Positions 57,478-64,000 of a DNA stretch of 64,000 nucleotides are shown in pieces (the first letter of the stretch is position 1; each line of letters opens with the position of its first letter). Origin of the DNA: an uncultured SAR324 cluster bacterium (GTDB taxonomy: Bacteria > SAR324 > NAC60-12). Location: positions 631 to 64,630 of the forward strand of contig CACIWU010000002.1 of NCBI GenBank assembly GCA_902590435.1, in the 5' to 3' direction. The notes below the pieces were generated by a model. It made no database searches and was not told where the DNA came from. It saw only the letters and a program-made list of their open reading frames with translations. The position numbers and the translations under genes were made by a program.

Positions 57478-58620
57478 TTACCAAAGCTTTCTTGAAGCTA
57501 GACTCGCACCTTTTGCCAGTGATGATAGTTTTTCGTAAGTTATGTCAGCATCGACGGATCCGAAACCAGCGAAAGTGGAAAATCCACAATCTGAACCCGC
57601 AATTACTCGATTTCGTCCTACGATATCTGCGTATCGACAAATTCGCTCTGAAACCAGTTCTGGATGCTCTACAAAGTTAGTTGTTGAATCTAGAACACCC
57701 GGAATCAAAATCTTTTCTTCTGGAATTTTGATATCTCTGAATACTGTCCATTCGTGACTGTGTCTAGGATTTGATCCTTCAAATGAAAGAGCCTGAGGTT
57801 TAGCTTTTAGGACTGTTGGAAGAATTTTCTTCATTTCTATATCATAGTGGTGAGGACCCTGATAATTACCCCAACAGACGTGCAGGCGAATTTTTTCTGA
57901 TGGAATGTTTGTAAGTGCATGATTTAGAGCTTCAATATGTAATTCAATTGCAGAAATAAATTCTTTTTCATTTTTATCTTTGAAAGTTACATGACGACCT
58001 AGAGCTAAATCAGGACTATCAATCTGAATTAGAAAACCTGCATTAGCAATTCCCTCATATTCGATTTTCATTGCATCTGAAAGAGCATATAAGTAACTTT
58101 TGTGATCTTTATAATATTCATTCGGTTGGAACAAAGCAATTACACCTGGCGAAGCTGAATTCATGAATGCTTCAGTGTATTTACTCTTATCAAGAGCATT
58201 TTGGAAATTTTCTAAATCAATTTCAAGAGGTTTCATGTCTTTAACTGAAATCGGACCAGAACAGCGTGGGCGTTTGTATGAAGGGACACCGCCAGATTTT
58301 GACGCTCTTGCAGAAAATTCTGGGAATTCTTCAAGATCTTTTGGAGTGTTTCTTGGGCTGTCACCCTCAAATCCATTCAGTCGATCTTTTATATATGTGG
58401 CATAACTTATTTTACTTTGCTCTCCATCACTGACGACATCTATCCCCGCTTCATACTGCTTTTTTACGACTTCTTTTACAGCCGCAGCTATAATTTCATC
58501 ATATTCTTTTTTGTTTAAATTTTTTCCTTCTTCTCTTGCAAAGACAAGTTTGAAAACTTTTTCAGAACGAGGAAGGCTTCCTACATGTGTGGTTAATATT
58601 CTATCATTACTTAATTGCAT
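57478..58620 (-). CDS. MetE-like (cobalamin-independent methionine synthase C-domain family) Zn-dependent alkyltransferase
   Basis: LTTHVGSLPRS N-terminus. HxC Zn motif (RLHVCWGNY) and distal GSDCGFS. 380 aa, i.e. the single-domain form. Confidence 0.75.
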   Translation of the reverse strand: MQLSNDRILTTHVGSLPRSEKVFKLVFAREEGKNLNKKEYDEIIAAAVKEVVKKQYEAGIDVVSDGEQSKISYATYIKDRLNGFEGDSPRNTPKDLEEFPEFSARASKSGGVPSYKRPRCSGPISVKDMKPLEIDLENFQNALDKSKYTEAFMNSASPGVIALFQPNEYYKDHKSYLYALSDAMKIEYEGIANAGFLIQIDSPDLALGRHVTFKDKNEKEFISAIELHIEALNHALTNIPSEKIRLHVCWGNYQGPHHYDIEMKKILPTVLKAKPQALSFEGSNPRHSHEWTVFRDIKIPEEKILIPGVLDSTTNFVEHPELVSERICRYADIVGRNRVIAGSDCGFSTFAGFGSVDADITYEKLSSLAKGASLASRKLW

Positions 58621-58640
58621 TTTATTTTTTGGTTGATTAA

Positions 58641-59648
58641 TTATTTCCCTATTATCTCCCTGGTACGTTCAAAAATGTCTAGCCCTTGTTGTTTCAGCCA
58701 CCAAGGAATGTCAATTATGACCCAGTTTTCAGAGAGTTTTTCACCTTGACGACGGTATATATCCACCACTCTCATATCTATTGATTTTTCTCCAGCAGGC
58801 ATTCCTAAAAAACCTCCTTTAGGAGTATTTGTTAAATTGGGCCAACCAAAGAATCCGGCATAGTTTCCTTCAGCAAATCTACATATGTGGCCGTTAAAAG
58901 TCTTATCTTTAAGGCCGTTTCTGAATGGATATTGGTGCTGCTTCTGGTAACGCGGGATTGTGTAAGATGCTCCAATACCAGATGGTCCATACCAAATCAT
59001 ATCATCATGCCACGTTTTTGCCAATGAATCTGGAGATGGGTGGTCATTTCCACTTTTATTAAGTTCTGTAAGGGCACCTATCATTCTATTAACTAAATCA
59101 AGTGTTATTTTGGATTCGTTAGGATCCTGAGGATAAAATAATAGTCCGTCATGAGTTCTTGGGCCAGGATAAATGAAAGATGTTCCAGTTTGTGTAGGTA
59201 GTGGATTTATTCCTAATTGATTCATGACGCTAATGATATCACAGAAAAAGCTGCTTTTAACTATTTTGCCATTTTCAATACTATTGAAATCAGCATAGCG
59301 TAGGAAAGTTATTTTTCGATTGGTTGGAAAACCTAACCACTCATTGTCCACGAATCCCATAAAATGACCCATGCTTATAACCCAATCTGTATTGTCGACT
59401 TCACTTGTTCCCGCAATAAAAATATCCTGACGGCGTTGAAGATTTGTCCAAGATGATAGAAAGGGAATCCAGAAAGCTTCAGCTACGTTTTCTGCTCCCG
59501 TTTGTTCATTGAAGGGGAATACTCCGTACCAATGAAAATTTGGGACAGTATATTTTTGGATGACTTTTACAATGTTGTCTTCATTTGCACCTTCAATTTC
59601 ATCATAATAGGATAAAATCAATTTTTTTTGATCTTGATAGCTTTTCAT
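58641..59648 (-). CDS. tandem double SnoaL/NTF2-like (ester-cyclase-like) domain protein
   Basis: Both halves end in the same pattern: FLRYADFNSIENGKIVKSSFFCDIISVMNQLGINP and MRVVDIYRRQGEKLSENWVIIDIPWWLKQQGLDIF. Confidence 0.65.
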   Translation of the reverse strand: MKSYQDQKKLILSYYDEIEGANEDNIVKVIQKYTVPNFHWYGVFPFNEQTGAENVAEAFWIPFLSSWTNLQRRQDIFIAGTSEVDNTDWVISMGHFMGFVDNEWLGFPTNRKITFLRYADFNSIENGKIVKSSFFCDIISVMNQLGINPLPTQTGTSFIYPGPRTHDGLLFYPQDPNESKITLDLVNRMIGALTELNKSGNDHPSPDSLAKTWHDDMIWYGPSGIGASYTIPRYQKQHQYPFRNGLKDKTFNGHICRFAEGNYAGFFGWPNLTNTPKGGFLGMPAGEKSIDMRVVDIYRRQGEKLSENWVIIDIPWWLKQQGLDIFERTREIIGK

Positions 59649-59657
59649 TTTTTATTA

Positions 59658-60707
59658 TTATTTTAATGATATTCCTGTTTCTGAATCAAAACCTTTTTTT
59701 GCTTTGTTAAATTCACGAATTCTTGCAAAGACATCAACACCGATCTGGTCATAGACATCCAGCAAATCAACTAGAACCCAGTTCTCCCTGATTAGCCCAT
59801 TTTCAATTCTCCAAAAATCAAGACTTCTCATGGAAATTTTTTTACCTGATGGAGCAATACCCATCCAACCTCCATCAGACATAGTTTGTATCATGTTTGG
59901 CCATCCTGTAACTCCAACATAATTTTCATCTCCAATGAAATGGCATTTAATCTTATCAACATTTTGGCCTCTGTCAGGCATTGCCGCAAGAAATGGTATC
60001 TGGTGCCAATTGCGAAATCCTTCTACTCCTCTTCCAGTTCCTATCCCAGCAGGTCCATACCAGTTCATTTTTGGATGCCAGAATCTTTCCATTTCCATAA
60101 CTTCGGGACCTCCTTTAGAAGGATGTTTCTTCATTGAGTTAAGCATATCAATTACTATCTTTTTGGATGCTGAACTTGTATTTTCATTATGGGGACCTTT
60201 TTTAATTCCATCTTGTTTTGCTGGTCCGGGAACCTGCCATTCAAGACCTAGACTTGGCGCCATAGGCCAAGATCCAGCCTGAATCATAACTTCTGGTACA
60301 TCCCATAGTGCATGTACTTCAGTCACCTTATTCTCTAAAAAACAATAGAATTCATGGAATCTCATAGCTATTTGATGACCTGTTGGAGGGATATCTAACC
60401 ATGCTTCAACGAATGTACCTGTGTAATAACCACAGCAACCAACCCAATCAATACCTTCTTCAGTTGATCCCCCTATCAAAATAGTGTCCCGTCTTTCTAT
60501 ATCAGGTAAAGCTCTTTGAAGTGGCGCATAAAAGTCATTAAAATAATTTTCTCTTCCAATTTTTTCTCCAAGTGGATAGCAAAAGCGAAATACAGTATTT
60601 TCACTAAAGAGATTTTCTATTGCTTTTCTTAACAGATTTTCATTAAAATCATACATAGTCTTTCTTAAAGGATCTATTAGTACCTTGTTCTTTGAGTGTT
60701 TATCCAA
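59658..60707 (-). CDS. tandem double SnoaL/NTF2-like domain protein (paralogue of 58641-59648)
   Basis: IAMRFHEFYCFLENKVTEVHALWDVPEVMIQAG and ISMRSLDFWRIENGLIRENWVLVDLLDVYDQIGVDVF. Confidence 0.65.
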   Translation of the reverse strand: MDKHSKNKVLIDPLRKTMYDFNENLLRKAIENLFSENTVFRFCYPLGEKIGRENYFNDFYAPLQRALPDIERRDTILIGGSTEEGIDWVGCCGYYTGTFVEAWLDIPPTGHQIAMRFHEFYCFLENKVTEVHALWDVPEVMIQAGSWPMAPSLGLEWQVPGPAKQDGIKKGPHNENTSSASKKIVIDMLNSMKKHPSKGGPEVMEMERFWHPKMNWYGPAGIGTGRGVEGFRNWHQIPFLAAMPDRGQNVDKIKCHFIGDENYVGVTGWPNMIQTMSDGGWMGIAPSGKKISMRSLDFWRIENGLIRENWVLVDLLDVYDQIGVDVFARIREFNKAKKGFDSETGISLK

Positions 60708-60775
60708 ATCTAATCCTAAAAATAATAATAATTTTGTTTAATCTATAAAATACATTTATTTATAAATTCCAATTC

Positions 60776-61276
60776 TCATTTATCAAAAATTTCCCAACCT
60801 TTGCCATTAAATGGGTCTACACCTAATTGTCTCAATACATGAGGAAAATCTACCATCACCCAGTTATCTATAATCTTACCATCTTTAACCTTCCAAAAAT
60901 CCATGTACCGTATTTCCAGTCTTTTCCCAGTTGGCGCGATTCCCATAAATATTCCGCTATGTGTGGCTTCTTGTCTTCCAAATGCAGCCATCCACTCTCC
61001 TTCAGTCAAACGAGCTTCGTCAATACATACCTTATCAGAAAAAGCTCTTTGAAAAGGAATTTGCCAATTTTTTTGAAATTCTTTAAGACCATTCTTAGTC
61101 CCACATCCAGCATTACCTCTCCAACGAAAATTTTTGCTAAAAAAAGCTCCCATTCCCTCTATTTCATGATCATTTAAACCATCTACCATTGATTCAACAA
61201 CCTTTCTTGTTTCTTCGGTTTTGGACAAGTCGTTTCCTTTGGTTAATTCTGCTTGAGGTGGACGTAATCCTTTCAT
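60776..61276 (-). CDS. single-domain SnoaL/NTF2-like (ester-cyclase-like) protein
   Basis: FMGIAPTGKRLEIRYMDFWKVKDGKIIDNWVMVDFPHVLRQLGVDPF. Confidence 0.7.
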   Translation of the reverse strand: MKGLRPPQAELTKGNDLSKTEETRKVVESMVDGLNDHEIEGMGAFFSKNFRWRGNAGCGTKNGLKEFQKNWQIPFQRAFSDKVCIDEARLTEGEWMAAFGRQEATHSGIFMGIAPTGKRLEIRYMDFWKVKDGKIIDNWVMVDFPHVLRQLGVDPFNGKGWEIFDK

Positions 61277-61457
61277 TTCATATCTCCATAAATTATTTTT
61301 GAATTAAATCAATTTAAACCAATTACCATAACTATTATAGTTTTCAACTTTTTTTTCAGAAATTGATTACGATTTATTTTGGAATTAAATATCATTTTTG
61401 TTATTGAAATACAAATGTATTATTTACTTATTTTTCCATTAGAAAAAGATAATTTTC

Positions 61458-61485
61458 TTGAATTTAAGGTGCAGACATGTATAAT
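61458..61485 (+). promoter_or_regulatory. candidate sigma70-type promoter for the ABC transporter genes
   Basis: TTGAAT (61458-61463), 16 nt, then TATAAT (61480-61485). It lies about 120 nt upstream of the strong SD GGAGGTGG and the ATG at 61604. Confidence 0.4.
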
Positions 61486-61603
61486 TCAAAAATCTTTATT
61501 TGCTAGCTCTAAATCAAATTGGAATATGGCAAAGGGGAGTAGTTCTATAAAATATAATAAGATTTAAAATCAATAAATTAATCGTTTTTATTGGAGGTGG
61601 AAG

Positions 61604-62839
61604 ATGAAAATATTATCTAAGTTAGTTTTCACATTGGCGTTAATGTCTTTGTGTGGGCATACCATATATGCTGGTTGTGGTATTAGTAGTGGATCAATAC
61701 ATATTTTGGCAAATGACTTTCCTGCATTACGAACTTATACTGATACAGCCAAAGCTTGCGCAGGTGTTAGTGCTGATTTCAAAGTGAATCATACTTCAGA
61801 ACACAATAATCTTGCAATGGCGGCTCTTTCAGCAAATCCTGCAGAATATTCTGTTAGGATTGGTGCAAATAGTTCTGTTGTACCTTTGATGAATGAGGGT
61901 TTAATTAGACCGATGGATGATCTTGTAGCAAAATACGGTCAAGGATTACAAAAATCTCAGTTAATTACTATAAATGGTAAAGTCATGGCTGTTGCATTTA
62001 TGGCTAATACCCAGCATTTATATTATCGTAAAGATATTTTGAATGAACTTGGGATTGAAGTACCGAAAACATACGAAGAAGTTGTTTCAGCCGCTAAGAA
62101 AATTCGTTCTTCAGGAAAATTGTTAAATCCATATGCAGCAGCTTATAAGGCAGGATGGAATTTGGCAGAAGAATTTGTAAACATGTTCCTCGGATATGGA
62201 GGAGAATTTTTTAAACCTGGATCTGCAGAACCAAATATAAATAACGAAAAAGGTATCTCAACACTCAAAATGTTAAAAACCTTAGCAGGGTTGAGTAATC
62301 CCGATTATCTGACTCATGATTCAGAAGCAATAAAAGTTGAATGGGAAGCAGGTAAAGTTGCCCTTATGACTTTATGGGCATCAAGATCCGGTACTTTACT
62401 AGATGATGAAGGAGATCCAGCAATTACTGCTGCTACAAAATTAGCGGCACCCGCAACTGTTGGAGGAGGGTCTATTCCAGCGGCTACTTTATGGTGGGAT
62501 GGTTTCACTTTGGCAACTAATAGATCGGATAAAGATGCTGAAGCGAGTTTTAAAGCACTTGTTCATGCTGCTACTTCAAAGAAAATGGCAAATGAAGCAT
62601 CAGATCAAGCAGTTTGGCTAGTTGATGGATTTAAACCGGGTCCAAAATCTGTTGGAGTATTAGCTGCAGCTAAGATGGGAGCAAAACCTTATCCAATGCT
62701 GCCTTACATGTCACTTATGCATGGTGCACTGGGCTCAGAAATTGTCGATTTCTTAAAAGGGAAAGAGTCCGCTCAACAAGCACTTGCTGATACTGAAGCA
62801 GCTTATAGGGGAAAAGCGAAAGAAAAAGGATTCCTCTAG
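61604..62839 (+). CDS. ABC transporter substrate-binding lipoprotein (family 1 solute-binding protein)
   Basis: Signal plus lipobox ...LCGHTIYAGC. 411 aa with the two-lobe SBP pattern. Followed by a permease gene. Confidence 0.85.
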   Translation: MKILSKLVFTLALMSLCGHTIYAGCGISSGSIHILANDFPALRTYTDTAKACAGVSADFKVNHTSEHNNLAMAALSANPAEYSVRIGANSSVVPLMNEGLIRPMDDLVAKYGQGLQKSQLITINGKVMAVAFMANTQHLYYRKDILNELGIEVPKTYEEVVSAAKKIRSSGKLLNPYAAAYKAGWNLAEEFVNMFLGYGGEFFKPGSAEPNINNEKGISTLKMLKTLAGLSNPDYLTHDSEAIKVEWEAGKVALMTLWASRSGTLLDDEGDPAITAATKLAAPATVGGGSIPAATLWWDGFTLATNRSDKDAEASFKALVHAATSKKMANEASDQAVWLVDGFKPGPKSVGVLAAAKMGAKPYPMLPYMSLMHGALGSEIVDFLKGKESAQQALADTEAAYRGKAKEKGFL

Positions 62840-62853
62840 AACATTAGATTATA

Positions 62854-62888
62854 GAAAGGTGGAAATTTTGCCACCTTTCTGCTTTTTA
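62854..62888 (+). terminator. rho-independent terminator/attenuator after the SBP gene
   Basis: AGAAAGGTGG, loop aaattttg, CCACCTTTCT, followed by GCTTTTT. Confidence 0.7.
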
Positions 62889-63336
62889 ATATTTTTTTAT
62901 TCGTAAAAAATAAAATATTTTTAAGCATATTTAGATTTGCCAAACTGAGTTTTGAACAATATTAAATTTAAAAAATTTTTTAATGTGAGTATTATTTGTA
63001 AATTCATGTTTTAGTTGATGGGTAAGCAAATATATTTAATTTCGAAATTTGGTAATTCCTTTTATCTTACTTTCTATCTCTTTTCTGTCTTTAGATACTT
63101 TTTGAACACTCCTTTTAAAAACTTAATTTTGTGTGCTTTTCTTTATAAAAACTTGATTTTAAAAGATAATTATTTTTTAATCGGTCCCCGATAAGTATAT
63201 TTTTTGAATTTCGTTATTTAAAATTTTAGATTCAAAAACTATTTGATTACTAAATTAGGAATATCAATCTCTGTTCAAATAATACCAAATTTTTATTTTC
63301 CTAATTTAAATAAAAATTATTAATGAAGTTTTTCTA

Positions 63337-64000
63337 ATGGGACATAAAACATTTTTTTGGTTCATGTTTCCCACTTGTGTGGCAATGGTATTTTTTATCG
63401 CAATACCTATAGTATCAATTTTTGTACAATCTCTTTATGTTGAACATCAGAAACCTTTAATAGAAATTGAGACATGCGATCCATTTGGTTGTAAAAAGGA
63501 GGTAGGAGTAGATGTTGAAGCTTTTGCAGAGCTTAACAAAGAAAAACCTCTAGGAAGATTTAATGGTTTAAAAACTTACACCGATAGGAACCATTTAGCA
63601 TTTGAAGAATTGTCTGAAGGTTGGAAAAAATCAAAAAACTTAAAAGAATTTTCAGAAGTTTTTTTGAATTTACCTTTTTATAAGGCATTAATTTTTACAT
63701 TAACCTATACATTTTTTGTTACACCTTTTGTAATATGTTTAGGTTTTATTATAGCACTTTCCATTAATACTTTGACTCAGAAAATAAGAGGTCCCGCAAT
63801 TTTTGCTACAATTCTGCCAATGATTGTTACTCCTTTAGTTGGTTCTCTTGTACTTTTCTGGATGATTGATGCTGAAGGTATAATTGGAGCAACAATACAA
63901 TATTTATTTAATGATCCATATTTGTCTTTGAAAGCTTCAACTGCCCTTACTTGGGTTACTTTGATAATTTATGGCATTTGGCATCATTCTCCTTTTGCTT
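63337..64000 (+). CDS. ABC transporter permease (MalF/UgpA-like), 3' end outside window
   Basis: Absent from the ORF track (no stop in window). ATG at 63337 reads MGHKTFFWFMFPTCVAMVFFIAIPIVSIFVQSLY...(periplasmic loop)...LPFYKALIFTLTYTFFVTPFVICLGFIIALSIN..., open to position 64000. Confidence 0.8.
   Translation, partial: MGHKTFFWFMFPTCVAMVFFIAIPIVSIFVQSLYVEHQKPLIEIETCDPFGCKKEVGVDVEAFAELNKEKPLGRFNGLKTYTDRNHLAFEELSEGWKKSKNLKEFSEVFLNLPFYKALIFTLTYTFFVTPFVICLGFIIALSINTLTQKIRGPAIFATILPMIVTPLVGSLVLFWMIDAEGIIGATIQYLFNDPYLSLKASTALTWVTLIIYGIWHHSPFA

Noticed and set aside
1-64000. CRISPR arrays, rRNA operons, IS elements/transposases, prophage blocks, toxin-antitoxin pairs.
   Set aside because: I found no regularly spaced direct repeats, no rRNA-like G+C-rich stretches, no DDE/HUH transposase-like ORFs or terminal inverted repeats, and no phage structural genes on either strand.

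Overview
This is a 64-kb chromosomal segment from an AT-rich bacterium, about one-third G+C by rough hand counts. The gene content (ccmCDE, an ntrY-like kinase, gspF, tolC, an lptA-like gene, clpS-clpA, rbgA, gatB) points to a Gram-negative, proteobacteria-like or Bdellovibrionota-like organism. The taxon cannot be fixed without a database search. I can support about 60 protein genes, tRNA-Ala(GGC), tRNA-Glu(UUC) and a 6S RNA downstream of zapA. Most of 12-56 kb is ordinary housekeeping: uvrC, a dsbA-like gene, rsmE, clpA/clpS, cysE, pyrE, dapB, a xerC/D-like recombinase, zapA-ssrS, rbgA, rnr, gcvP, pyrG, yjbQ, ccmCDE, gatB, msrB, tolC plus adaptor, hemH, argJ and gspF. Two regions stand out. 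(1) 2.7-11.8 kb abuts the 3' end of tRNA-Ala. The last 23 nt of the tRNA recur exactly at 7912-7934 and in decayed form at 2936-2951. This splits the region into two islets. The proximal islet carries only znuA/znuCB/zur, with twin palindromic Zur boxes and a decayed duplicate of the zur 5' half. The distal islet holds orphan exported proteins: a Tat-signal intradiol-dioxygenase-like protein, an Fn3 plus animal-type C-type-lectin lipoprotein with EPN/WND motifs, a tautomerase and a small beta-barrel. These genes sit among copies of a recycled promoter/signal-peptide module, gene debris and a C10 tract. No integrase survives. (2) 56.4-64 kb holds a bicupin, a MetE-like Zn alkyltransferase and three adjacent paralogous SnoaL/NTF2-like genes (five domains), divergent from an ABC importer. 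This is an uncharacterised uptake/catabolic cluster. Together with the translationally coupled chain gcvP, PD-(D/E)XK nuclease, NUDIX::MBL fusion and rnr (27.2-34.4 kb), it is my best candidate for an undescribed system. Two edge-truncated genes (1-1249 minus; 63337-64000 plus) are missing from the supplied ORF track. I saw no CRISPR, rRNA, transposase or prophage.
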